From the human T2T-CHM13v2.0 reference genome, Homo sapiens, in the NCBI RefSeq assembly GCF_009914755.1, contig NC_060931.1: DNA of 64,000 bases. One strand, given 5' to 3'. The notes under the pieces were generated by a model. It did not search any database. It was not told where the DNA came from and saw nothing but the letters and a program-made list of their open reading frames with translations. The position numbers were made by a program, and so were the translations under genes. Shown in pieces: positions 1 to 12,934 of the stretch. Numbering within the stretch: the first letter of the stretch is position 1; each line of letters begins with the position of its first letter.

Positions 1-519
1 TCGGTTTCTCCAACTAAAGAAATATGATTTCATAATATTGAACAATACTCTTTAGTTTCTATGTGTCTTCATTTCTTACTTAAACTCTGTATTCTGGCTT
101 TTATGATTCAATTGTTAGATTAAACAACTCCAACTTTGGTTCCAGGTTTTATGTTTGAAAATTCTGATGTCAAAAATGAAAGCACATTTTCTTAGTTCAA
201 ACAACAACAACAACAAACCACAAAGCAGGTTAAATGTATTTCTCTGAAATTAACTGTCACCCTTTTCTGAAGAGTGAACTGTATTTGGATTGTGTGACAG
301 AATGTGCTCTTTTAGTCATGATTTATTGCTGTTGTTGAGACTGCTCTAAGAATGCGATTTCAGGGTATTCTAAAAAATGAATATTATTTTTTAGAAATGT
401 GCATTCAGTTTATTTACTCGTCTGCTTGGCCAGATGATAATATCAGAATGACACTGCAAATTTTTTTGTTATCAGGATTTTAATAAAAATGAAATACAGA
501 TAATTCAGGAGTTAGAAAA

Positions 520-543
520 ATTTATTTATTTATTTATTTATTT
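520..543. repeat. (TTTA)n microsatellite
   Basis: ttta tandem units read directly. Confidence 0.85.
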
Positions 544-1770
544 ACATGGTCAAAACTAAAAAGAGAGGACTGCAAGCAGAATCTTGGCTAGAGAAATGCC
601 AGACAGAACTGAACATGCCGAGCACTAGTGATAACTGTAACACTGAAGGAGTGAATGGCACTGTAAAATTGTCTTATGTGCCTTTCATTTGTTTCTTTGA
701 TATGTGCCCATTATTTTGCATAAACATGCAAAGTGGAATGTAAACTAGAGTCATAAAACCATAAAATTCAGATCTGGAATCTCTTAATTTTAATAATGAG
801 AACCTCGGACTAATTAGTCAATGTTAGGTCTCTTTATCCACATTTTTCACATATAACTTTATGGAATTTTCAATTCCCTTACACAGATATGTAATTTTAT
901 AGACCTCATTATTGTGATGTACATCACAGTGCCAAGTTGACTTTGTTTTCTAATAAAAGCTTTCCTTGCCCTTTTAATTTTTATCTTAGGAAGGAAATGA
1001 TTGTAAAACTATCTAAATTAATACATTGCCCTTTGGAACCATATTATTGATGCCTCTTAAATAATTGTTTTGTCCTTTAGTGAGGAAACAAACTCCTCTC
1101 CAGTCATTTTTTTCTTTGTTTTTCTATTAAAATGATTCGAATAGCCTTGACCTATGTGTGTTTATCAAATGCTTGTTGAGGAGTTATCGTCTAGACTAGC
1201 TAGTGAGCTTAAGGACTGAAATTGTGGAACCACAGCTGACGCAGCGCTTGCCTGTGAAGATGCCTGCCAGAAACTATGTTCAAGGTTGCTCCATAAATAG
1301 TAAATCTTTTTCCTGTGTAGTCTTTAATAGGAGCTTAAAATGGATTTGTAGAGGGCCCTGTGGATTGAACAACAGGAAATTTTAACCAAGTCATTAATAG
1401 CTAATGATGTGAACTGTAGGCAACTATCCACCGTCAGTCATAGGAGTAAGAGGAGACAAAGGCCAGATCAAGGAAAGGGAGGGTGGCAGCTTTTACTGCA
1501 GCAACTTCTCACTTCCTGCCTAATATATTTGTTATTCCAATGATAAACATAATTCACTGGCTCATTTACTTTTCTCTTTATTTATTTATTTATATATTTA
1601 TATATGTGCTTATATATTTATAGTTAAATAGAAATGTTTATTTCTAATAAATACTTCTAAATTTATTGTGTTGTTTCCTTGTGTTTTATATTACTTTAAA
1701 TAACCATAAAACAGCTTACATATTCCTTTTTACATTTGAAGCAAATATTTGTTGAAATGTACTCTGTTAA

Positions 1771-2692
1771 GAATCACATATCTGATAAACATCTTGTATT
1801 CAGAATATATAGAGAGCTCTCAAAACTCAATAGTAAGAAAAACAACTCCGTAAAAACAGTCAAAAGATTTGAAAGGACACTTCACCAAAGAAGGTAAATA
1901 TACACATGAAAATATGCCCAATTTCATTAGCCATTTGGGAAGTGTAGGTTAAAACCACAATGAGATACACTAGGTATTTATTAGAATGTTTACAATTGAA
2001 AAGTTTGACCAACCAAGTATTGGAGAGAGTGTGAAGGAAGTGGAACACATGTATATTGCTGGGAGGGAATGTAAAATAGTACAACCACTTTGCAAAACAG
2101 TTTGTCGCTTTCTTCAAAATATTATACCTACACCTACTGTAAGATTTAATAATTCCACTCTTCGGTATTCAGTCCAAGAGAAGTGAAAGCTTATGTCTAT
2201 ACAAATACTTGTATATGAATGTTCAAAGCAGCTTGATTTGTAATTGTCTCAAATTGGAAACAACCCAAAGGTCCATCAATAAGTGAATGGATAAACAAAT
2301 TATACGATATCTATAGAATTGAATATTACTCAGCAATAAAAAAAGAACTACTGATACTGCAACAACTTGGATTAATTTCAGAATAATTATTCCAAGTGAA
2401 AAATATGACAGTGTTTTCCCAGAGACAATAGTGTTACAGTATGATTCTGTTTACATAAAATTCTAGAAAATACAAACATATCTACAGAAAGATTATTAAT
2501 TGCCTGGTGACATGGATGAGCGACTTCAAAGGAATACTAAGAAACTTTTGAGAATAATATACATGCTCATTAACTTCATTGTTATGATATTTTTATGGGT
2601 ACATACATATAGATATGTAGTGTGTCAAAACTAATCAAATTGTATATTTACATGTGCCCAAGTTATTGTATGTCAATTATATCTCAATGAAG
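1771..2692 (+). mobile_element. Old L1M (L1MC/ME-type) ORF2 3' end and 3' UTR fragment
   Basis: L1 motifs catatctgataaa..., aaaaccacaatgagatac, gggaatgtaaaatagtacaaccactttg, ggaaacaacccaaag..ccatcaataagtgaatggataaacaaat. Ends ttattgtatgtcaattatatctcaatgaagc. Confidence 0.85.
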
Positions 2693-2835
2693 CTTTTATG
2701 TGACCTTCTTTGTTTAGTAATTTATTAATAAACACATCTAGACAATAAAGAATCTGTAAGAGATCAGAGGCTGCCATGTTTGAACTTTATCCTCAGTTCA
2801 ATTTGTATCAAGACTATTTTAGAGGTATCTTCCTA

Positions 2836-2952
2836 AACTCCTCCTCTTTCTTTTCTTTCTTTTTTATCTTCTCCTGTTCTTCGCTTTCTCTGACTCGTCT
2901 TTTCTCCTCCCTTGCCTCCTTTATCTCCTGTTCCTGCTCTTTTCCTTCTTAA
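2836..2952. repeat. CT-rich low-complexity tract
   Basis: Near-pure pyrimidine stretch on the + strand. Confidence 0.7.
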
Positions 2953-3159
2953 TCTAAAAAACTTCCAACTTAGTTTCTCTTACATCCCATTAGGGTCTTT
3001 TTCTTTTCCATTCTTTTCTGCATTTATGCTCAGCATAATAAGCATTGCCTATGGACATGCCTGTGGTTCTTGGATTTCTGCAGCCATATGAACTGTGTTG
3101 CATCTTGTGTTGTGCGACAACAGATCAGAATCAAAATAATAAAAACACGCACTATTGAA

Positions 3160-3423
3160 TTTCAGCTTAAATATCACATCTTCAAGGAGGTCTTTTCTCA
3201 CCTTACACTCAATGTGGTTCCCAGCTCTCCTTTCCCACTGCTTTCTGACTCCATCTAACATAATATTTTTATCCTTTATTGTGAATATTCATTACATATG
3301 AGCCTCCCCTTTTGATTTGCAAGATCTCTGAGGGGGATCCTTGTTTGCTGTGAAATACATGCTAGTACTGTATTCTCTGCTTACTGTGAAGTAAATGCTA
3401 ATACTTTATTTGAATGAATTGAA
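3160..3423 (+). mobile_element. L2 3' end fragment
   Basis: cagcttaaatatcacatcttcaaggaggtcttt resembles the L2 3' UTR, and the block ends in tttgaatgaa. Confidence 0.55.
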
Positions 3424-4224
3424 AGGATACTGATTAGATTAGACCAATCTTACCCAGACTATCTTGGATAAATTATGACCAGAAACCCCAGAGAGAATTC
3501 TTCTTAGATCAATATCCACCTACTATATGGTACTAAATCAAGTAATAAGGAAATAGTTATTCATTTACTTGTTTATCAAATATTTACCATAGGGTACTGA
3601 ATTTTTCCCTAAGGAATACCAAGAATAAATAGACATTTCACCTGTCCTTATTTACAGTATAGTTAAAGCTATATATAGTATAGCTAAAACCTACACATTA
3701 AAAGACAACTAACAATGCAAGAGAGCATGTGAAAACTGCTAATGAATGTAATGGATAGATCCATTAGTTATTCAGAGCACCTAGAGATCACATAAGAACA
3801 AAGTAGTCAGGGATCACCGGGAGACCACAGGAGTATCATCTGGACGAAATTAAATCTGAGACGCACTTTGAAAAATAGATATCAGGAAATTTGAGGTTTG
3901 TTTACTACTTTTGGAGACTCAAATACACAAGCTTAAACACAAAAAGAGTTTATGTTCTCAAGTGAAAAAAGTTTAGAAGCTGTGATAGAATCTGGTTGGA
4001 ATTATGGCTTAAATTAATGTTCCATGAAATCATCAGAGATCATGATTTCTTTTCTTTTTCTGTTCTGCACACATGCTTTCTATCCTCAAACATATCTCAT
4101 GGTGTAATATGCATCTAGCCATTCATTGCATTACATTCTTAAAGGCACTAGGATATAAAGAGTAGGAGCACTATGTTTTTTGCTATTTTTCTTCCTGTTC
4201 TATATATAGCATGTATAACCATGA

Positions 4225-4600
4225 TGATATGGCTTGGCTCTGTGTCCCCACCCAAATCTCATCTTGAATTGTAATCCCCACGTGTTGAGGGAGGGATCTA
4301 GTGGGAAGTGATTGGATCTTGGGGGCAGTTTCCCCCTGCTGTTCTCCTTATAGTGAGTGACTTCTCATGAGGGCTGATGGTTTTAACGTGTGACACTTCC
4401 CGTCTCTCTCTGTCTCTGTCTCTCTCTCTCTCCCATCACCATGTACGACATGCCTTGCATCCCCTTCACCTTCTGCCATGATTGAAAGTTTCCTGAGGTC
4501 TCTCCAGCCATGTGGAGCTGTGAGTCAATCAAACCTCTTGTTTATATATTACCCAGTTTCAGGTAATATCTTAATAGCAGCATGAAAACTGGCTAATACA
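4225..4600 (+). mobile_element. THE1D LTR (ERVL-MaLR), 5' LTR
   Basis: tgatatggcttggctctgtgtccccacccaaatctcatcttgaattgtaatcccc ... ggctaataca termini. Confidence 0.9.
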
Positions 4601-5777
4601 GAAGACTGGTAGCAAGAGTGGGGCACTGCTATAAAGATAACCTGAAAATTTGGAAGCCACTTTGGAACTGGCTAACAGGCAGAGGTCAGAACAGTTTGGA
4701 GGCATTGGGAGAAGACAGGAAGTTGTGGAAAAGTTTGGAACTTCCTAGAGATATATTGAATGGTTTGATCAAAATGCTGATATTGATATGGACAATGAAG
4801 CCCAGGGTGAGGTGGTCTAAGGCTGAGATGAGGAACATATTGGCAACTGGAACAAAGGTCACGCTTGCTATGCTTTGGCAAAGAGACTGGCAGATGATTT
4901 AGGGTATCTGGCAGAATAAAGCGCTAAGCAGCAAAGCATTCAAAATGTGACCTGGATTTTTATGAAAGTGTACAGCCATTTATGTTCAAAGAGATGATTC
5001 GGGATTGGAACTTTCGTTTAAAAGGGAAGCAGAGCATAAAAATTTGGAAAATTTGTAGCCTGACCATGCAGTAGAAAAGAAAAATCAATTTTCTATGGAG
5101 AAATTCAAGCTGGCTACAGAAATTTGCATAAGTAATGAGGAGCCAAATGTTAATAGCCAAGACAATGGGGAAAATGTCTCCAGGGCATGTCAGAGATCTT
5201 CGTAGCAGCCCCTCCCATTACAGACATGGAGGCCTAGGATGGAAAAATGGTTTCATGGGCGAGGCCCAGGGCCCTACTGCTCTGTGCTGCCTGGGGACAT
5301 GGCACCCTGAGTCCCAGCAGCTCCAGCTCCAGCCATGGCTAAAAGGGGGCTAAGGTACAGTTCAGGCCATTGCTTTAGTGGGTGCAAGCGCCAAGCCTTG
5401 GCAACTTCCATGTGGTATTTGGCCTGCAGCTATGCAGAAGGCAATAATGGAGGTTTGGGAAACTCTGCCTAGATTTCAGAGGATGTATGGAAACACCTGT
5501 ATGTCCAGGCAGATGTCTGCTGCAGGGGCAGAGCCCTTGTAGAGAACCTCTGCTAGGACAACGTGGAAGGTAAATGTGGGGTTGGAGCCCCCACACAGAG
5601 TCCCCACTGGAGCACTGCCTAGTGGACCTAAGAGAAGAGGGCCACTGTCCTACAGGCCCCAGAGTGGTAGATCCACCAACAGCTTACACCGTGGGCCTGG
5701 AAAAACTGCAGACACTTAACATCAGCCTGTGAAAGCAGCTAGGGGACTGTACCATGCAGCTCCACGGGGACAGAGTA
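4601..5777 (+). mobile_element. THE1D-int internal sequence, 3'-truncated, no 3' LTR
   Basis: MaLR internal motifs gagtggggcactgctataaagat, ggaaagtttggaacttcctagaga, ctgcctagatttcagaggatgtatggaaac. Stops abruptly at a (TA)n run. Confidence 0.9.
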
Positions 5778-5778
<1 letters not shown>

Positions 5779-5834
<56 letters not shown>

Positions 5835-5837
5835 TAT
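5779..5837. repeat. (TA)n(CA)n compound microsatellite
   Basis: Read directly. Confidence 0.95.
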
Positions 5838-6087
5838 AAAATAAGGAAATGTACAGCTATTTAGTAGTTAAGTTAATGTGATAGTTATAGAACCAAAATA
5901 ATAGAATTAGTTATTGATATGTCAACTACACTGAAAAATTTTTGAACAAAATTATTACTTGAATTCTGAAGCTTCCTTGTATCTTAAACATTCTTGTGTA
6001 GAATACCCACACACCAATAACTGCATTTTTATAAAGAACTTTAAAGCTTCTTTTATTGTTGCTCCTCTCTTTTTATGTAGGAACAAC

Positions 6088-6117
6088 TGTGTGTGTGTGT
6101 GTGTGTGTGCGTGTGTG
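6088..6117. repeat. (TG)n microsatellite
   Basis: Read directly. Confidence 0.9.
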
Positions 6118-6864
6118 CATTCTTTCATTATTTAGATAGTGAGGTTGAGTAAATTACCTTGATTAATTGGACTTAATGTCTACTAGAACATTTTTTCAGT
6201 TTATTTTCTTTGGCTAGAACACAGAATAAAAAGTAGAAAACAATAACCCTTGTACTTTAAGTAGAGCTTCACTACATTAAATAGTGTATTTGATGGCAAA
6301 ACCAGGCTGTAAGCTGAAATTCAACTTCAAATTCTTTGCAAACTCATGTCACCCTGTTCTGTTCTATGTTAGGCAATTGACCCAGCAGTAGCCAGATAAA
6401 AGGGCTTAGCATATGAGTAATTTAGACCACATCTGTGAAACTCATATGTATACTCTGCATGCATCATAAGCTTTTCCCAAAGTAGAAAATGAAATAAACA
6501 GAGATAATTATTGCTGCTGAAAAATTCAGTGCTCTGCAAGACAGATTTTATTTTAACTAGTGCATATTACAGTACATTTATGGAACAAAAGACAAGCTTA
6601 TGTTTTTAGATTTTGTTTTCACATTCTGTGTGCCATGAATATTTTCTGACCTATGCATAGTAAATGCAATAGGGTGTTTTTCCTGCCTCCCCTTACTTTT
6701 TCTCTCTAAAAGATTAACATTAAAGGAAAGCATCGGGGTTACTTTCATTTACTTATCAAACATGTGAACATTGATTTTAGTTATTTAACCTTTGCTGAAG
6801 AAATGTAGAGGCATATATGGAGGAAAAAGAATGTCAAACCAGTGCAGAATCCTTTTTTATACAA

Positions 6865-7240
6865 TACTGATGAGAGTGTGGATAAACTGACATTTTAATA
6901 CAGTCATGGCAGAAATGTAAATTTTTCAACCTTTTTAGATACTAATTTAGCAATATCTACCAAATTTCAACATGCACATAAAATTTGGCCCAGAAAATCC
7001 ACCACTAGGAATTTATCTCATGGATGAATTTACACAAGTATTAAAAGATACAAGGATATTTACTGCAGTATTGTTGGTTTTAACAAAACAATGAAAAGAA
7101 ATGTTCATTTGTAGGAGAATGGTTAAGTAAACTACTTTTTGTAAAAGCCAGCTAATGAAATAGATATTTATGTGGTGACCATGATGAAAATAAAGTATGC
7201 ATATGTACTCATATGTATGTGCTTGTATGTTCACAGATAC
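6865..7240 (+). mobile_element. Degraded L1ME-type 3' fragment
   Basis: gagagtgtggataaactg..., cccagaaaatccaccactaggaatttatc, acaaggatatttactgcagtattgtt. Confidence 0.6.
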
Positions 7241-7427
7241 TTTCTTGAAGGGTGCATATGGAAGAGTTAGCAGTAGATATAACGGGAAAGAAAAGAATTG
7301 AAATTTTCTTGAAGGGTACATATGGAAGAGTTAGCAGTAGATATAATTGGAGAGAAAGGAATTGAATTTTTCTTGAAGGTACATATGGAAGATTTAGCAG
7401 TAAATACAATTGGAGAGAAAGGAATTG
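7241..7427. repeat. Tandem repeat, 3 copies of a 64-bp unit
   Basis: tttcttgaaggg..catatggaagagttagcagtagatata..ggagagaaaggaattg units start at 7241, 7305 and 7369. Confidence 0.95.
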
Positions 7428-7568
7428 GTTAGGTGAAGCCTTTTAATTTTCTCTGTATTAATTCTTTTCATTTTTGTTTTTCCATAAGCATATACTATTT
7501 GAAGAATCATAATACAATATTTATTAAAATTGTTTTAAAACATAAGATTGATACTTTTTTGAAATGCT

Positions 7569-7962
7569 TAATATGGTTTGGATCTGTGTCCCCACCCAAA
7601 TTTTATGTTCAGTTGTAGTTCCCAGTGTTGGAGGTGGGGCCTTGTGGGAGGTCATTGAATCATGGGGGTGGATTTCCTCTTTTGGTGCTGTTCTCATGAT
7701 AGAGTTCTCATGATATCTGGTTGTTTAAAAGTGTTTGGTACTCCCCCCTTACTCTCTTCCTCCTGCTTCGGTCGTGTAAGATGCACCTTCGTTTCCTTCA
7801 CTTTCTGCCATTATGGTAAGTTTCTTGAGGCATCCCCAAGCAGGTGCCAGCGTCATGCTTTCTATGCAGCCTGTAGAACTATGAGCCAATTAAATCTCTT
7901 TTCTTTATAAATTACCCAGTTTTAGGTATTTATTTATAACAGTGCAAGAATGAGCTAATACA
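7569..7962 (+). mobile_element. MSTA solo LTR (ERVL-MaLR)
   Basis: taatatggtttggatctgtgtccccacccaaa...cccagtgttggaggtggggcc ... gctaataca. Confidence 0.9.
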
Positions 7963-8405
7963 CGCTCAAAAGCAAAAGTCCTTCAGATATCAAGATTCTA
8001 GATTTTCCCAGCTTAAAATTTTATAATTACAATAAACATCATGGAATATATTTTGAACCAAGATAAAAGAATAGAAAAAGGACTCTAATACTAGCAACTT
8101 GATCATTGGGAAAAATCAAGAGTAATGGTAGTAGGAACTTGACCAGTCAGCAATAAAAATTGATTCGAGGATTATTTTTAATTATATTTATCTTATTAAC
8201 TATGATACTTAGGATTAATATTAGAATTATATGAACTTTCTCTTTTCTTATTGGTAGTGAGAAAACATAAATTGCAGCCATGTTTCTTGCATGTAACAAA
8301 TGTTCATTAAATATTTGTTAACAATTTAATAAGCCTATATAAAGACATTCAATCATTAAATCAAACTGTAATATCTGACCTATGATTTTATACTAGTAAA
8401 AGTTA

Positions 8406-11400
8406 GGGGAGAGAGGAGATGGAGCAAGATGGCTGAATAGAAGCCTCCACTGATCTCTACACAAAAATCACCCTCAAAAGGACCAAAAGTCATGACACTA
8501 ATCACAGTACCTGGTTTTAACTTCATATCACTGAAAGAGGCACAGAAGAGGGTAGGAATGACAGCCTTGAATTGATAATGCCTTCCCCTGGCAGTGGCTG
8601 CATGGCATGAAGGGAGAATCTGTGCATTTCACGGGTGGAGAGAACAGTGATTGTAGGACTTTGCATTGGAACTTAGTGCTGTCCTGTCACAGTGGAAAGC
8701 AACAGGATAAGAATTCAGCTGGTGCCACAGAGGGAGCATTTAGACCAACTCTAGCCAGAGGGAAATCATCCATGCCAGCAGACAGAAATTGAGTTCCAGC
8801 AAGCCTTGCCACTGTGGGCTAAAGTGCTCTTACATCCTAAATAAACTTGAAAGGCAGTATAAGCCACAAGGACTGCAATTCCTGGGCAAGTCCTAGCATT
8901 GTGCTGGGCTTGGGGCCAGTGGACTTGGGGCAGGGGGGCACATGACCTGGAGAGACACCAGCTAGGGCAGCCAAGGAAGTGGTTGGGCCACCCTTCTGCC
9001 AACCCCAGGCAGCCCAGCTTGCAGCTCCAGCAGAGACGCCTTCCTTCCACTTAAAGGGAGGAGAAGAAAGAATGAAGAGGACTTTATATTTCAACTTGGA
9101 TATCAGCTCAGCCACATAGGATAGGGCACCAGGCAGAGTCCTGGAGCTCCCGTTCCAGGCCCTAGATCCCAGTTGACCTTTCTATACACACCCTGAGCCA
9201 GAATGGAACCCACTGCCTTGAAGTGAAGGACCCAGTTCTGGCAGGATTCATCACCTGCTGATTAAGAGCCCTTGGGCCCTGAATAATCAGCAGCAGTACC
9301 CAGGCAGTACATGCCATGGGACTTGGGTAACACTCAGAAATGTGCTGGCTTCAGGTGTGACCCAGCACATTCTCAGCTTGGTGGCTACAGAGAGGGAGGA
9401 ACTCCTTCTGCTTGAGGAAAGGAGAGAGAAGAGTAAGGGGATGATGTCTTGCAACTTGAGCACCAGCTTGGCTACAGTGGGGTAGAGTATCATGTGGGAT
9501 CTTGAGGTCCCTAATTCCAGGCCTTGGCACTTGGACAGCATTTTTGAAACTGCTCTCGGCCAGAGAGGAGCCCACTCCCTTAAAGGGAAAGTCCCAGGCC
9601 TGGGAGCATTCACCACAAGCTGAATGAAGAGCCCTTGGTCCTTGAGTGAACATTGGCAGCCTGGCAGTACTCATTGTGGACATCAGGCAGTGGTAGCCAT
9701 GGGGAGAGACTGCTCTGCTTGTGGAAAGGGGAAGGAAGAGTGGGAAGGACTTTGTCTTGTGGTTTGAGTGCCAGCTCAGCTGCAGTAGAATAGAGCACCA
9801 GATAGGTTCCTCAGGTTTCTGACTATAGGCCCTGGCTCCCAAATAGCATCTTTAGACCACCTGAGACTGTGGAAAACTCACTGCTCTGAAGGAGATGACA
9901 CATAACTGGCTGAGTCTACCCCCTGCTGATTGTAGAGCCCTGTGGCCTTGAGTAAACATAGGCAGTAGCCAGGCATTGGTTACAGTGGGCCTTAGGTGAG
10001 ACCCCGTTCTGTTCTGGCCTCAGGTCTGACGCAGCACATTCCCAGAGGTGGTGGTCACAGGGGTGCTTGTGTCATCCCTCCTCCAGCTCCAAGCAGCCCA
10101 GCACACACAGAGAGAAATTCTGTGTACTTTGGAGAAAGTAAGGAAAGATACAATAACAAATCTGTCTGGTTATCCAGAGAATTCTTCTGGATTTTTACAC
10201 AAGACCACCAAGGTGGTACCTCTATGAGTCTGCAAGGGCCACAGCATTACTGGGCTTGGGGTGCCCCCTAATGCAGATATGGCTACAGTGACCAAAAACT
10301 TAGATCACAACACCCAAGTCCCTTCAAATACCTGGAAAGCCTTACCAAGAAGAATGGGTACAAACAAGCCCAGACTGCAAAGTCTACAATAAATACCGAA
10401 CCCTTCAATTCCCAGAAAACTGATGAACATCCACAAGCATCAAGACCTTCCAGGAAAACATGACTTCACCAAATGAACTAAAAAAGGCACCAGGGACAAA
10501 TCACTTTCAGACAGAAAATTCAAAATAGGAAACTCAATGAAATTAAAGATAACACACAGCAGGAATTCAGAATCCTATCAGATAAATTTAAAAAATAGAT
10601 TGAAATAATTAAAAAGAATCAAATAGAAATTCTGGAGTTGAAAACTGCAATGAACATACTAAATGCATGAGAATTCTTTTAATATCAGAATTGATCAAGG
10701 AGAAGAAAGAATTAGCTGAAAAATAGCTATTTGAAAATACACAGAGGAGACAAAAAAAGAATAAAAAAAAAATGAAGCATGCCTAACAAGGTCTAGAAAA
10801 TAGCCTCAAAGGGGCAAATCTAATAGTTATTGGCCTTAAAGAGGAGGTAGAGAGAAGGATGGGGTAGAAAGTTTATTCAAAGGGACAATAACAGAGGACT
10901 TCCCATACCTAGAGAAAGATAGTAATATCTGAATATAAGAAAGTTATGGAACACCAAGCAAACTTAACCTGAAGAAGACTACCTCAAGGCATTTAATAAT
11001 CAAACTCCTAAAGGTCAAGAATAAAGAAAGGATTCTAAAAGCAGCAAGAGAAAAAAATATATATGTAAATATATAATGGACTTCCCATATGCCTGACAGC
11101 AGACTTCTCAGTGGGAACCTTACAGGCCAGGAGAGAGTAGTATAACATATTTAAAGAACTGAAAGAAAAGACCTTTTATCCTAGAATAGTATATCCAGTG
11201 AAAATAACCTCCAAACATGAAGGAGAAATAAAGGCATTCCCAGACAAAAAAAAAGCTGAGAGATTTCATCAACACTACACACCTGTCCTACAAGAAATGC
11301 TAAAGGGAGTTCTTCAATCTGAAAGAAGAAAATGTTAATGAGCAAGAAGAAATCATCTGAAGGTACAAAATTCACTGGTAATAATAAATACATGAATATC

Positions 11401-12376
11401 ATAACACTGTAACTGTGGTGTGTAAACTACTCATATCTTGAGTAGAAAGATTAAAAGATAAATTGATCAAAAAGAATAACTACAACAACTTTTCAAGACA
11501 TAGGCAGTAGAATAAGACATAAAGAGAAATAAAACACATAAGTAGAATTAAAAAGCAGTTAGATGACATCAAAGTGTAGAGTTTTTTGTTTTTCTCTTTT
11601 CTTCTTAGTGAGTTCGGTTTTTATGCAATTACTGTTCAGTTGTCATCAATTTAAAATAAAGGGTTATAGATATTATTTGCAAGCTTCATGGTAATTTTGA
11701 ATAAAAGAAATCTTTTAACAGATACACAAAAAATAAAAAGCAAGAAATTAAAACAGACCACCAGAGAAAATCACCTTCACTAAAATGAAGACCAGAACAA
11801 AGGAAAAAAGGAAGAGAAAACCAGAAAAAAACAACCAGAAAACAAATAACAAAATGGCAGAAGTTAGTCCTTACTTATCAATAATAACATTGAATGTAAG
11901 TGGGCTAAACTCTCCAATCAAAAGACACAAAATGGTTGAATGGATAAAAAGCAAGACTCAATGATCTGTTGCCCACAAGAAACACACATTGCCTATAAAG
12001 AAACACATGGAATGAAAATAAAGGGATGAAAAAAAGATATTCCATGCCAATGGAAAGCAAAAAATAGCAGGAGTGGAAATCAGACAAAATAGATTTTAAG
12101 ACAAAAACTATAAAAAAAGACAAAGAAGGTCATTAAATAAAGGTCCATTCAACAAGAATATAACAATTTTAAGTATACATGCACCCAACACTGGAGCACC
12201 CAGATATAGAAAGCAAATATTAGTGCGACAGAGAGAGATAGGCTGCAATACAAAAATTACTGGAGACTTCAACACCCTACTTTCAGCATTGAACAGATCA
12301 TCCAAATAGAAAATCAACAAAGAAACATCAGACTTAATTTTCACTACAGAACAAATGGACCTAATAGATATTTACA
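8406..12376 (+). mobile_element. Old L1 (L1M/L1MA-PB type) 5' portion: long 5' UTR, decayed ORF1, inter-ORF and start of ORF2 endonuclease; 3' part missing
   Basis: Starts ggagatggagcaagatggctgaatagaagcctcc. ORF1 motifs include aaagaaaggattctaaaagcagcaagagaaaa and cctagaatagtatatccagtgaaaat. ORF2 start at about 11853: atggcagaagttagtccttacttatcaataataacattgaatgtaa. Confidence 0.9.
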
Positions 12377-12874
12377 AGAGAGATTAGCACATAATTGGGG
12401 TTTTATTCCTGATACAAATAAGAAAGGCAAATCTAGTGAAGAAATTTGGACCTCTCACTGCTTATAAGGAATTGAATCATGAGAAATTGTGCTTAATTTT
12501 GTCTTCAAAATGATGGGTTTATAATTTAAATGATTATGTTAGTTTTCAGTCATAAGTCAGGATTGAGTGAGTTTGGGATTCAGAAGCTTTTCCTGGGGCC
12601 TAACTCCTGCTGGTTAGGTTCATCTATAATGAACCAAGTGGGCTACCTCAGGAGTAGATGATGGTTAAAATGTTTTCTTTTTATGCATATTGCCTACTAT
12701 ATTTGTCAGTTTAAAAGATTGGTGTTGGGACACCTGGATTTGTGCCCTTCAAATTATACAAACAATCAAAAAGCCAAGATAAATAACAAACAAACTCAGT
12801 TTTTCTCACACTTCTTATTTATGTGAAGTGAAGAGATGTGGAATAATGCCCTTTTCACCTGTGGCAGGTGGGTG

Positions 12875-12934
12875 TTTTTCTTTGTTTGTTTGTTTTTAAT
12901 TAGGATCTTGCTGTCATTCAGGCTGGAGTGTGGT
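12875..12934 (-). mobile_element. AluJ 3' piece (tail and end of right arm), split off by THE1A
   Basis: T-rich tail followed by ggatcttgctgtcattcaggctggagtgtggt. The Alu continues at 15289. Confidence 0.8.

Noticed and set aside
8607-10271. GC-richer block with several ORFs as a possible promoter or exon
   Set aside because: Explained by the L1 5' UTR, and it is CpG-depleted so not a CpG island
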